Below are positions 14,136 through 26,353 of a stretch of 64,000 bases of DNA, piece after piece. The DNA is from Amoebidium appalachense (Eukaryota; Protista; Ichthyosporea): NCBI GenBank assembly GCA_963693365.1, contig CAVNZM010000003.1:14540914-14604913 (forward strand). Reading direction: 5' to 3'. The translations under genes were made by a program, and so were the position numbers. Numbering within the stretch: the stretch's first letter is position 1; each line of letters begins with the position of its first letter. The notes below the pieces were generated by a model. The model did not search any database. It worked only from the letters and a program-made list of their open reading frames with translations, and was not told the DNA's origin.

Positions 14136-15348
14136 TTGTGGTGGGAGGGAGTCCCACTCAGGGAAACGTGACTGCAGCGTGTGTGTGGTGTGGCCTGGTG
14201 TATTCCTACTGCTGTGAGAGTGTGGGGGCATCTCCCTTTCGCGGAGTTTCTCGCTTGAGAAGTGGTTTCTTCAACGCCTGGTGGTCCACTGCAACCTATG
14301 GTAACTTCTACACGCAGTCTACGCTTCTACACGACCTATTGGCGGTGGGCTGCTGCAACTTCTTCAGCTACTTCTGCGCTGCGTGAGTGGAGGGGCGGCT
14401 ATTTGGTCGTCGGGGAGCTTTCCAAGTGACTGCCAGTCCTTAGGATCCAGTCGTATGGCAATGACCGGGTTTGCTTGCATGCATTCTGTGATTGTGTTTT
14501 TCTGTGTGTCCTGCCACAACTAGGCCACCTTATCAGAGAGCTAGATGCAGTTTCTCCGGGTAATCTAGGGGTAGGGCCCGTTGGGATTGTTTTTTAGCTC
14601 AGATTTGGTCTGCATTGCTCTTTTAGAGGCTGACTTGCTTGCTGTTCCCCGATAGGTTTTGAGGGGGGCCTGTTGGGAAGGAGCAGTAATGATGTCTTCT
14701 TGCGGAGTGTGGTCTGGTCAACATCGGTCGTATGCATCGAACTAGTTTCATGCATACACGTACACTTAAGGTTTTGCCCGCTGGTGTCCTTTGTCACTTG
14801 TCGCTTTATTTTTATTTCGTAGCTTTGGCTTTTTCAGTTCTATTGGTGGTTATGTAGCCTGTGGCTGCACGTTGCCTTCATCAACGGATCAATAAACCCG
14901 AGTCAAAAGAGGGGGAAAAAAAAAAAAATCAGACAATTTTACACTCCTTTAGCGATTACACACCTCAATAGACAAAACAGGGCTTCATATTCCGCCGTTG
15001 AGTGCCAAAATAGCCACCTGACCACCTCTTACCTTGGAAAACACTCATTTTTATAAAAACACACCAAAATAAACTACGGTGACCTAACTTAGTGCTACGA
15101 AAAACCAATACAGCACCTCACAGCGTTACTCGTTTTGACCCCCTGGGCTTAATCGTAAATACGACGATTTTGAGTCGTAATTCAATCCCTGCGCTCTAAT
15201 CTTCGATCTGCATTGTGATTGGACAGTTTTTCGCGCCGACAGATTTATAGCGCAATAGCTTTATTTGGCTAGTGACTTGCTTATTTAGGTAGACTTTTCC
15301 CTCGGAATTTTTTCTTTTCCGATGTGACTCTGTGATGTGACTGGGCAT

Positions 15349-15928
15349 CAGGGATGTGTCGGGTTGGGTCGACCCGAGAACTAACCCGGCCGGGTCCGCG
15401 TTACCCAACCCCGACCCGGGGCATTTTTGCTCAAACCCGGTCGGCTTTATGACCCGGCGGGTCAGACCCGTACCCAGCCCGACCGATGGCTCTGACCCGG
15501 TCGGGTAAAACATGATATATTTACCATAACAAGTAGTAAATTTGGATTGATAATTGCTTTTCAGGGATTGCACAGTGAACCAATAACAATACAGTATTTT
15601 ATTCATGTCCATATATGGTAGTATAAACATTGCCGAGGCATACTATTAGCTACAGTAGTAGAGTACTGAGGCTAGGCTAGCGCTTTTATATAAAAAGAAA
15701 AAGAAAAAGAAAAGAAAAAAGAGAGAGACAATCGTAACTGCTGTGCACGTTACGTTGTGTTTGCTTTAGTCACCACAACCAAGCTCTATATAATCAAGTA
15801 AGCCGCAAGCACACGAGCACTGTCTGTTCACATGTAGACACCATGCGTGGAAAAGCCACACACACACCGCGAGCACATGTGCACACACAGCACGCACGCA
15901 CGCAAGCATATCACACACAGACACACGT

Positions 15929-15966
<38 letters not shown>

Positions 15967-16172
15967 ATACATGTACACACGTATATGGCCAGTCCGGGCG
16001 AACACCCGAGGTTTTCGCATTTGGTAACCCGCGGGTCAACCCGATCACAAGGGTCCAAGACCCGAGAATCAATCCGGTCCGGACCGAAAAAAAGACGACC
16101 CGGCCCGAGATCCACCCGGCCTTTGCGTAAACCCGCCCGAGACCCACCCGGCCAGTGACCGACACATCCCTG
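15349..16172. mobile_element. Non-autonomous hAT-type DNA transposon (MITE-like)
   Basis: Perfect 14-bp TIR CAGGGATGTGTCGG (15349-15362 / 16159-16172). Many subterminal ACCCG/CGGGT motifs at both ends. Imperfect 8-bp TSD CTGGGCAT/CTGGGTTT. Confidence 0.8.
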
Positions 16173-16893
16173 CTGGGTTTGCACACGTGTACTCTGAACT
16201 TGAAGAACACGAAACCAACCACTCACCATTAAAGATAACGGCAGCCGAATGCGGGGCTCCCGTCTGCGAAACAGGGGCGGATGCCATGCCCATCCTTCAT
16301 GTGGCCCAGTCTATTACATGTCAGTTCGGCGTCTACACGGGCCCAGCTCCGCAAGTTCAAAATTCGAGTTGCGAAGAATGGTTTCGGGCCTGCCGCGCCT
16401 CTGTCAGGCCCGAAATCAAGCGTCCTTAACCTCGGGGCTTCACCTCGACCTCGTTTCGGGCCTCGTGTCCGAGTTATTGGCTGAGGCGTAGCGAAGCGAG
16501 GTCGAGGTGAAGCCCCGAGGGCAAGGGGTCGCGGTTTGTACGCGAGAACTCGCTTAACCTGTATTTTTTTTTTTTTGGTGTCTATAATGGGGTTTATACA
16601 CTTTTATTTGCTTGGTAGAGGGCCCAGCGTCGCCATGTCTGACCTGCTGCGTTTTCTAGCTCAGTCCTACTGGCTAAGCGGGCTACAAAGAAAAAGTACG
16701 ACCCCAAGGTAATGCGTGACTACCAATATCGATAGAAAACGTACTTATGTGTACTACGTAGTGAGGCTCATGCACTGGTCCGCTTCAGGACTAACGGTTT
16801 CTGCAGAATAACTCTGGTCGGAGCAAGCTGACTCAGCCGATGTGGTTGGGCCCACCCAACGCCCAGATCTACCCACCCTGAGTTCTGTCACGC

Positions 16894-17130
16894 TTTTTTT
16901 TATTTTTTTTATCCCGTTTCACTCCCGGAGGCACTGCCTAAGGGGAGATAACGCCTTCCACAGTAGACGCCGAATGTGCTCTCTACATAGTGCAACTTTA
17001 AGTCAGGATACGTAATCCCGACTGTCACTACATATTCTGGCAATTCTTTGCCCACGGGGTTGCCGCAGTCATGCTAGTGGGGATTGAGCAAACTCACATC
17101 AACCAACACCTAGCCAGGAGTGACCCGGGG
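16894..17130 (-). mobile_element. Retroposed 3' module with A-tail, homologous to the 3' part of the SINE at 39925-40514
   Basis: The reverse complement reads cccgggtcactcctggct...ccccactagc...tcctgactta...aggcagtgcctccgggagtgaaacgggataaaa, collinear with about 40270-40514. Confidence 0.8.
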
Positions 17131-17274
17131 TAAAAATAAAAGGATATAAGCAAGAAAAAGTGTCTCAGCGAAAGTTAAAAACAATACAAGAAGGCAAGAC
17201 AGTGTGTTCGTGCTGCGCTGCATGGTGGGAAAGAAGAAAGAAGAGCAGTATGTTTGTGCTGTTCGGCAGGGTAG

Positions 17275-17690
17275 AGGACACAAGAGCAGGGTGTTGGTGC
17301 TGCTCGGCATGGTGGAAAACTAGAGCAGGGTCTAGGTGCTGCTCGGCATGGTGGAAAACTAGAGCAGGGTGTTGGCAGGGTGTTGGTGCTGCTCGGCATG
17401 GTGGAAAACTAGAGCAGGGTGTTGGTGCTGCTCGGCATGGTAGAAAACTAGAGCAGGGTGTTGGTGCTGCTCGGCATGGTAGAAACTAGAGCAGGGTGTT
17501 GGTGCTGCTCGGCATGGTAGAGGACACTAGAGCAGGGTGTTGGTGCTGCTCGGCATGGTAGAAAACTAAAGCAGGGTGTTGGTGCTGCTCGGCAGGGTAG
17601 AAAACTAGAGCAGGGTGTTGCAGTGCTGCTCGGCATGGTAGAAAACTAGAGCAGCCTGAGGGTGTTGGTGCTGCTCGGCATGGTGGAAGA
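17275..17690. repeat. ~39-bp minisatellite, about 10 units
   Basis: Unit aaaactagagcagggtgttggtgctgctcggcatggtag repeats head to tail without spacers. Confidence 0.95.
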
Positions 17691-17945
17691 AGGCAGCATG
17701 AAGTTCGTGCGGCCCATTATTGTTGTTATGTTTTTCTAGAGTTTTTGACGTTATGGTAAGTTTCGTTTTTCCTGGAAAAAGTGCCCATGTCGCAACAGCT
17801 CAAAAACCGCCATGTTGCCAGCGTTTGGCTCTATGCGGAGATGTGCATGCCGCCCCTTGTGCGTAAATGTGGTGGAGTGTGGATGCAGCGACGCACGGCC
17901 GTTTGAAACACGTGTCGTGTTTTGTGCCTGGTCGCGATGGCCATG

Positions 17946-18695
17946 TGTTCAAGTTGTTTTGTGTGGGTAAACGGGGAAGCAGAGTGCACAGATGGGTGTT
18001 ATGTTATACACAACACAGAGACACACGGGAGAAACACAACCGGAGAGGTGGAACGATAACTGGGACCATAGGAAATGATTCGACTGCTTGATATTTATTC
18101 CAAGATGAAGTCCCTTTTATACTTGGGAATGTGAAAACGATAAACCAATCAAAAGAACGAAAACTCTATTTTCCAATCAAAAAGACGAAAACTATGAGTG
18201 TAAAATATATCGATCGAAATGTCTGTCGACACATAGAATATAAAACTCAATCCTCTAATGAAAGAAACTTCTAATAAAAGCACGGAAACATTTAACAAAA
18301 TGAAACCACTTATGTAACTATTAGTTCACAACATACATTTATACATGTTCTTATCATAACACGTCTAAATATAATTATTCCTAATAGTTGGAGAACATAG
18401 CACAATGCTACGTCGTGAGAAAGGAATGAGAAAGGAATGTAAGTTACTATATTTGGGAAAATACAAACGAGATCTGATTGGATGACATATATAGATTTTG
18501 ACACAAACGACAATACGCGTGCGCGAGCTAAGTATGTCGATACGTACACAGATCTAAGATATCGGTGTACACGGAAACAGAAAGGAAAGAAAGAAAGAAA
18601 GAAAGAAAGGGGAAAAGGAAACAAACTACAACAAACTAATAAACAAATACAAAACTCAACTTCTAAGTCTTGCTATGAATCATGGGAAGATGACA
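17946..18695 (-). repeat. Copia 3' LTR
   Basis: Matches 23828-24571 with about 3 substitutions and 6 extra terminal nt. Confidence 0.95.
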
Positions 18696-19354
18696 TCCCC
18701 ACTCAAGGGTTGGAAGTTGGGTTCTCGTGAAGTTTGTTGATGTGACTGTTGATGTCAATACTCTCACACATGTAGAAGCAGGTACCGTGAAGTCACAGTC
18801 AAGTTTCCCCACTCGAGAAGACAATGGAGAAGACTTGAAGGAGCAAACCGGGGAAGAAAACCAAAACGGAAGAAGCACACAACGACGGTTGCCTCTGAAG
18901 ACTCGGAACATGACGGTAGCCAACGACGATATATAAATATATATAGAAGAAAACAACTAGTGTATGTGTGACGTGTTGGTGGCTAATGATTTATACTGGG
19001 GACCACCCAGATAAACACAAGGCATGAACATCTTGTGGACTGATTTATAGACTGGTGGTCAACCAGTTAAGACACGGGGAATGAGCATCCCGAGGACTAG
19101 GTTTAGACTGGCAGTCAACCAGCACGCATTGGCTATAGATAATTATTTATACTTGGACGCCATCCCAGTTCGACAGATATATAAGTCGAATATAAAAGAA
19201 AACCAATATATATGATGGTATATAAATAAACGACGGATGGTGGAGAAGAAATCCCCACTGAAGATGCACACACTGAAGATCGATGAAGACAGCAGTAGAT
19301 TTTCGTTGGGAGGTGTCTCTACACGGTGATGTGTAGACCACTGTAGATTAAGGA

Positions 19355-19385
<31 letters not shown>

Positions 19386-19386
19386 C

Positions 19387-22300
19387 TCAGTCACGAAGAC
19401 TGAGTGAAGCACGGTGCTGCTCGTGGGAGGGCCCGGGTAGGGGCTTGGTGAAGATGTCAGCCACGTTGTCTTTGGTGGACACGTAGGTGACGACCACATC
19501 CCCACTCTTGATGTAGTCCTTCGTGTTGTGGTACCGGACAGCAATGTGTTTGGTCCGGTGCTTGATGCTGTTGGTGTGCAGGAGGGCAATGGTGGACTGG
19601 TTGTCACAGTAGACGGGGGTGGGGTCGGTCATCGGGTAGCCGAGTTCACGGAGGAGATCACGGTGCCAGATGACGTTTTGAACAGCAGCATTGATGGCCA
19701 GAAGCTCAGCCTCGGTGGTGGATGTTGCCGTGATGGACTGCAGCTTCGAATACCATGTGATGGGGATGCCCTTGAAGAAGATGACGTATCCGGTGGTTGA
19801 ACGACGGGTGTTGGGGCAGTTGGCAAAGTCGGCATCAGAATAACACTCCAGCAAGGGTGTGCTGTCGTCGGGTGCAGACTTGTCGTAGTGAAGGCCGAGG
19901 TTGGATGTGCCGATGAGGTACCGAACTACACGGAGCAGACATTCCCATGCAAGTTTGGTGGGGTTGGCACTGAATCTACCGAGGTAGCCGATGGCAAAGG
20001 AGATGTCGGGCCGGGAACAACGAGCAACCCACAAAAGACGGCCGAGTAGTTCACGGTAGGGAACCTTGATGGGTGGTGAGTCGTTCTTGTTGATGGTGAT
20101 GACGGTGCCGACGGGAATGGGAGTAGCCTTGGGGTGGGCATCGTTGAGGTTGAAGTCTCTGACGATGTCGTTGATGTAGGACTGTTGAAGCAGCTTGAGG
20201 TGACCGGGGGTGTGGATGAGCTGGGTGCCGAGGAAGATGTCGGGGAGGTCGACCTTGCAGAGAGCTGACTTCATGATGTGGTCTACTAGATCCTTGGTGT
20301 GGGAAGAGTTGGCCGTGCAGATGATGATGACGTCGTCCACATAGTTGCCAGTGAGGATGATGTCACCGTTGGGGAAGGTCTTGATGTAGACACATGGATC
20401 TGAACGGAGACGTTCGAGACCGTGAGCAAGGAGAACCTTGTCGAAGTAACTCATACCAGGCCAGTGATGCTTGCTTGAGGCCGTAGAGTGCCTTCTTGAG
20501 TTTCCAGACCTTGTGCTCGTTGCCGGGGGTGATGAAGCCAGGTGGTGGCTCAATGTAGATGTCTTCTTGAAGAGGACTGTTGAGGAAGGCCGTTGAGACG
20601 TCGAGTTGATGAATCTCATGGTTGCCGTCCACACCGATGGCAAGGAGAGCACGGACGGAGGAGGACATCACTACGGGGGAAGAGGTGTCACCGTAGTCAA
20701 CACCGTAGACTTGAGTGAAGCCCTTTGCAACACCACGAGCCTTGATCTTGGTGTCACCGGCTGAGTTGAGGACTTTCTCAGTCACAATCCACTTGAACTT
20801 GATGATGTTGGCATCAGGGGGGGGATCAACGACGGTGAAGACATCCTTGGTGATGAAGGCTTGGTACTTGGAGGTGAGGGCAGCTATGACGGCATCACCG
20901 TTGGGACCGTTGCAAAGCTTTTGAATGCCCTTGGGGAGTTGGTCAATGTTGATGGTCGGTGCTGTGATGCTGACCAGTGCCGTTTGAGGCTTGGTGAGAC
21001 GTGCAGACCGACGAAGGTTGGGCTTGAGGGGGTCCTTGAGGGGGGTGGAGGCCGGGGAGGTGTTGTAGGCCGGGACAGGGGCATGGAAGCCAGGAATAGG
21101 ACCGGTGGTGAGGGGGGCATCGGTGTCCACAGGGCTGCTCGAGGCCGAGTGGAAGGTGGGGGACCCAGGACGAACCGGAGTCATGTAGGCGGGTTGATGC
21201 ACAGCAACGGGGGGGGCCGGGAGCAAGGGTTGTTGGCCAGTGGGGGGGGGGCTCGGGGGAGGCACGGGTTCAACCGGGGCTGGTTGGTTGTGCCAGGACG
21301 GTTGGGAGATGACCACAGACGGAGTTTCATCGTCGTCGTCGGAGGGGGGGTCCAATGTCGGCAGATCGGGTTTGGGGGGATCGGGGACGTGATTGGTGCT
21401 GCTCGTGAATTTTGACTCGTCGAAGATCACATCACGGCAGATCTTGACTTGGTTGCTGGCACGGTCGAGGATCTTGTGTGCTTTGGAGGGCAGATCCCAG
21501 CCGACGTAGGTGCCGACTCTGACGGTTGATGCAAGCTTGTTCCTCTTGGATCGGGGAACATGCACATAGGCAGGGGAGCCGAACACGTGGAGCTGGGAGA
21601 CGTCGGGTTTGAAGCCGTGGAAGGCCTCGAAGGGGGTGTTGCCGTTGGCAGCAGATGATGGTGTGACGTTGATGATGTAGCCAGCATGCTTGAGAGCAGC
21701 AACCCACAACTTGGGAGAGAGAGGTTGGTCCTTGTCGGCATGGAGGAAGCAACGGACTGTCTCTTGAAGTTCTCTCATCTTCCGTTCAACAACACCGTTG
21801 TGCTGTGGTGTGTCGACGGGGGCAAACTCCATGATGATGCCTTTCTGCTTGCAGTAGGCCTCGGTGTCCTTGGAGGTGAACTCAGAGCCGGAGTCAAACC
21901 GAAGATGGGTGACGATCTCAGGTGTCTGACGTTCGATGGTTTCAACGAGAGACTGAATGTAGCTGAGGGTTTCACCACGGTTGTAGAGGGGGAACACGGT
22001 TGTGTAACCGGTGGCATCACAAACACACACCAGAGCAACCTTGTAGCCTCCGTAGGAAGCACAGGGAGCTTCGAAGAAGTCCAGGTGCCACTTAGCACCG
22101 GGGATGGTGAACCGGGAACGGGTGCCGGGAAATGGAGCCTTGGTGGTCTTGCCAGACATGCAGCCGAAGCAGTCACTGTTGTCGGGTGACTTGAGGGAGG
22201 GGGGCATGCCGATGACAAGCTCATCCTTGGCCATCCTGGTGACGGTGGAGAGGGCACGGTGGCCGAGACGGTTGTGCCAAAGGGTGAGGTCGTCGGTTGG

Positions 22301-23752
22301 TTGAGTCCTTGCTGTGTAGGCCTGGACCCACGGGTGTTGAGGAGTGTCAATCACATAGTCAGTGATGTAGTAGAGACCGTTGAGGGGAGTGAGGTCGGTA
22401 ATGATGTCACCATTACGGCTGTAGAGGAACGACGGGTGAGTGTCTGCATCGTCACAATGACCAAGGAGGCCGGCAGTTGAGGCCATGGAGGCAGACACGA
22501 GGAAGGATGGTGACTCGGGTACGTAGAGAGCATTGATGCTGCACGGGGTAGAGTGGCCGTTGTAGTGCAGTGTCAGGTTGATGATGCCACGGTGTGTGGC
22601 ATTGACGGTGCCAAGGCCGTGAATGGGGGTGGGGGGACACGGGGTAAGGGAGGAGAAATACTCCTTGATGGGGCAGATGTGTGCATTACAAGCACTGTCC
22701 CAGACGGGGTCGTCACGGTCGGGTGTGCCGGTGGAGGAGATGAGTGCAAATTGCACACTCTTGTTGCCTTTCTCCTGCTTGGCACGACGAGCAACAGCAC
22801 AGCCAGGCTCCGGGCATGCTGTGATGTGGTGGGGCTCATGGCAGTAGGAACACTCCACCTTCTTGGTGTTGTGCTGTCGGTTACGGTTGTCCCTGTTACC
22901 ACGGTGGTAAGGGGAAGTTGAACGGGGGCCGGGTGACTTTGAGGACGGACGAGGATCACGGGAACGGGACGGGGAACGGTGAGGTGTATGCTCACGTCGA
23001 GGTATACGGTTACGGAGGTCACCGGGGGGAAGCACTCTGCTCTGGAGTGCTCGAAGAGGACGGTTGTTGACGGTTGCACCAGTGCCTGCGTCGATGAGGC
23101 CGGCACGGATTTCAGCTCCTCGGATGTCACTGATGAGCTGGTTGAAGGACGGGTAGGCCTTGTTGTTCATCCAGTAGTCGGAGCAGAGACGTTCAATGTC
23201 GGAGCAGACCAGGGTTGTGTTCTTCCGGAGGTGAAGGAAGAACTTACGTACGACATCCTTGTGCTGGACGGGCTCGTCGAGGCAGGCAAGTGTCGTAGCC
23301 AGACGTTGGAGACGAGTGAGGTATGCTGTGACGTTGGGGTAGTCTCGTAGTTCAAGCTCCTCGAAGGTGACTTGAATCTGGGTGACTCGGGCCTCCTTCT
23401 CTGCTACATACGCCATACGCAGGTTGTGGAAGACTTCTCCACCGTGGACACCGTCTTGCATCCGGCCGGAGTCGTAGAGCTCGGTCGGATGGACGGACTG
23501 GTTGAGGATCTGGTCGAGGACGTCGGAAGCTTTCTTGTAGGAGTCCTTGGTGGCGTAGCCTAGCCACTGGTTGGCCTCAGTGCCGTCAACCCACTGTGGC
23601 CTCTTGATAGCGTCAACGAATTTCTCGGCAATGGTTGTTCTTATGAACCGGTGGATGAGTGGCTCCCACTCGAAATAATTGAGACGTTTCTCGTCTCTTT
23701 TCTCGGACGGATTCCATATTGGAAGGTTGATATATGACGGTTTGTCAGTCAT
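19387..23752 (-). CDS. Copia gag-pol polyprotein with one +1 frameshift near 20449
   Basis: Zn knuckle CSYCHEPHHITAC; protease WDSAC; GAG-pre-integrase LWHNRLGH..CFGC; integrase D,D,E (HLDF/FDSG/GVVER); RT KARGVAKGF..LKKALYGLKQ..YVDD; RNaseH YSDADFA..DNQS..ADIFTKPL. An extra T in TGG TAT GAG T TAC splits ORFs 20363..23902 and 19387..20652. Confidence 0.93.
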
Positions 23753-23827
23753 GATTGAAGCAGTAAGACTGAGGAATTTCGCGGTTGTAACGAGATTGTG
23801 TGTTAGCGTGCAAAGGGGCCGTAAACC

Positions 23828-24571
23828 TGTTGTTTTGTGTGGGTAAACAGGGAAACAGAGTGCACAGATGGGTGTTATGTTATACACAACACAGAGACAC
23901 ACGGGAGAAACACAACCGGAGAGGTGGAACGATAACTGGGACCATAGGAAATGATTTGACTGCTTGATATTTATTCCAAGATGAAGTCCCTTTTATACTT
24001 GGGAATGTGAAAACGATAAACCAATCAAAAGAACGAAAACTCTATTTTCCAATCAAAAAGACGAAAACTATGAGTGTAAAATATATCGATCGAAATGTCT
24101 GTCGACACATAGAATATAAAACTCAATCCTCTAATGAAAGAAACTTCTAATAAAAGCACGGAAACATTTAACAAAATGAAACCACTTATGTAACTATTAG
24201 TTCACAACATACATTTATACATGTTCTTATCATAACACGTCTAAATATAATTATTCCTAATAGTTGGAGAACATAGCACAATGCTACGTCGTGAGAAAGG
24301 AATGAGAAAGGAATGTAAGTTACTATATTTGGGAAAATACAAACGAGATCTGATTGGATGACATATATAGATTTTGACACAAACGACAATACGCGTGCGC
24401 GAGCTAAGTATGTCGATACGTACACAGATCTAAGATATCGGTGTACACGGAAACAGAAAGGAAAGAAAGAAAGAAAGAAAGAAAGGGGAAAAGGAAACAA
24501 ACTACAACAAACTAATAAACAAATACAAAACTCAACTTCTAAGTCTTGCTATGAATCATGGGAAGATGACA
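23828..24571 (-). repeat. Copia 5' LTR
   Basis: TGTCATCTT..AACAACA on the minus strand, followed by the PBS-like sequence. Confidence 0.95.
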
Positions 24572-24749
24572 CCATGTGCGTTGTTAAAATTAAGAGAATA
24601 GGAATGTGCAAAATGCGAATCTTGATTGGTTGCATTTTATCTGATGAGCCCGGAGTGGCGATCTTATTGGATAATTAACTGCTATTCTTAAGGAATCATA
24701 CTGCTTATTCACCGATCACATATGGTTTTGATGTGATCGGGAGCCCGAC

Positions 24750-26266
24750 ATGCCATTGGCGCGACTGTGAGTTCTACCTCCACCTCTTACTTTGTCAAAC
24801 CTAGCGGCAGCAACAAGCAGACGGAGAGGTTTGCGCGTCTGTACGAGGAACAGCGGCTATGCGACGTGACGCTAGAAACCGTGGGGCAAGATGGGGTCAG
24901 GGTGGCCTTTCCTGCTCACAGGGTTTTCCTGGTGAGTTTTGGTTTCGTTTTCTCTTTTTTCTCTGTATATTCGAGAGGAGGAGGGATGGGAGTGGGGAAA
25001 GGAGGGAGTGATGAAGAGGGAGGGAGGGAGGAAGGGAGAGAGTGAGTGAGGGAGGGAGGGCAGGGAGGGAGGGAGGGAGTCGGAGGGGGGAGGGAGGGAG
25101 GGAGGGGAGGAGGGGAAGCCTTGGAGGGGGAGGGCCGGGAGGGGGAGGGAGGGAGAGAGAGAGACAGAAGCGAGGGAGGGAGGGAGGTAAGAAAGGAGGG
25201 AGGGAGGGAGGGAGGGAGGGAGGGGGGGGGGGGGGGGGGGGAGAGAGAGAGAGAAAGGAAGGGAGGAAGGGAGAGAGGAACTTCGGGAGGGAGGGAGTGG
25301 GGAGGGAGGGAGGGAGGGAGGGAAGTAGAGAGGGAGGGAGGGAGGGAGGGAGGGAGGGAGAGGGAGGGTGGGGAGGAAGGGAGGGAGATGGAGAGCGATG
25401 GGCGGGGGGAGGGGAGGGGGGGGAGGGGGGGGGGGGGGGGGAAGTGAAAGTGAGGCAAGTACCCAAAATCATTCAGAGTGGAGGCCCTGGGCACGAAAAG
25501 TCGGAGGAGGGGGAGAGAGCCTCTGAGGCAGGCAGGGAGGGTGAACGTACGTGGGTGCTTGTGCGAGTTGCACCTTAAAGTTTCTCTCCACTACCTTCGA
25601 CTTCACAATCCACACCATGCACGTTTGACGCCTTCTCAACTCACATCACCCATATACACAGGAACCGCAAGTGATTATTTTGACCGGTTGCTTCAAGTTG
25701 GGCGGGAGGGCTTTATCGAGAGCAACCAAAATTCCGTCGTGCTGGGCGAGATTCTCCCCTCCGCTCTTTCACTGCTGCTGCGCTGTTGCTATGGACTAAC
25801 ATGGAAAGTCATGTTGATGCGGAAAATGCCATACATCTGATCAATGCGGCAGACCGGGTAAGTGATGGTTGATTTCACCTGAAAATGTCTTGGCTCTAGT
25901 AATTCTTGCCTTTTCAGAGAACAGGTGCTGGGTGCTTGGGAAAGGGTTAGCTTCTCATGTGTACCCGCACATGCATCCAATCAATCTTTCAAGAACAGGA
26001 GAGAGGGTTCGAGGGTGTGTGTGTGTGTGTTTTGTTTTAGGGGGGGCGGAGACGGGGGAAAGGGGGGAGTAGAGGGGGGAGGGGGGGAGAGCGAGGAACT
26101 GTGAGGCGGGGAGGGAGAAAAGGACATGGGTTCTTGCATCCTGGCTCGTGTTCACCCACCAGGCAAGTGCTTATGCTCAAACTGGGCTTCGACACACACA
26201 GACACACGCGCGCGCGCACACACACACACACACATACACGCACGCACGCACGCACGCACACGCGCG

Positions 26267-26353
<87 letters not shown>

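Larger units (their letters stand above)
17946..24571 (-). mobile_element. Full-length Ty1/Copia LTR retrotransposon, recent insertion
   Basis: LTRs at 17946-18695 and 23828-24571 are nearly identical and TG..CA bounded. TSD CCATG (17941-45, 24572-76). PBS-like GGTTTACGGCCC follows the 5' LTR; PPT GAGTGGGGA. Domain order gag-PR-IN-RT-RH. Confidence 0.97.

Noticed and set aside
13840-15195. Possible DNA transposon bounded by CAGGG..CCCTG
   Set aside because: The terminal match is only a few bases and no TSD was found.
17275-17690. CRISPR-like appearance of regular repeats (also 58300-60130)
   Set aside because: No unique spacers and no cas genes, in a eukaryotic context; these are plain tandem satellites.
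20440-20460. Programmed frameshift in Copia RT
   Set aside because: It falls in the middle of RT with no slippery site; a single-base insertion or sequencing error is more likely.
19528-23563. Numerous antisense and alternate-frame ORFs over Copia, Ngaro and Gypsy coding regions
   Set aside because: Shadow ORFs expected from GC-rich codon bias; no recognisable motifs.
24641-24670. CTGATGA-GCC..GGC-GAT resembling a hammerhead ribozyme core
   Set aside because: GAAA is missing and I could not build stems I and III.
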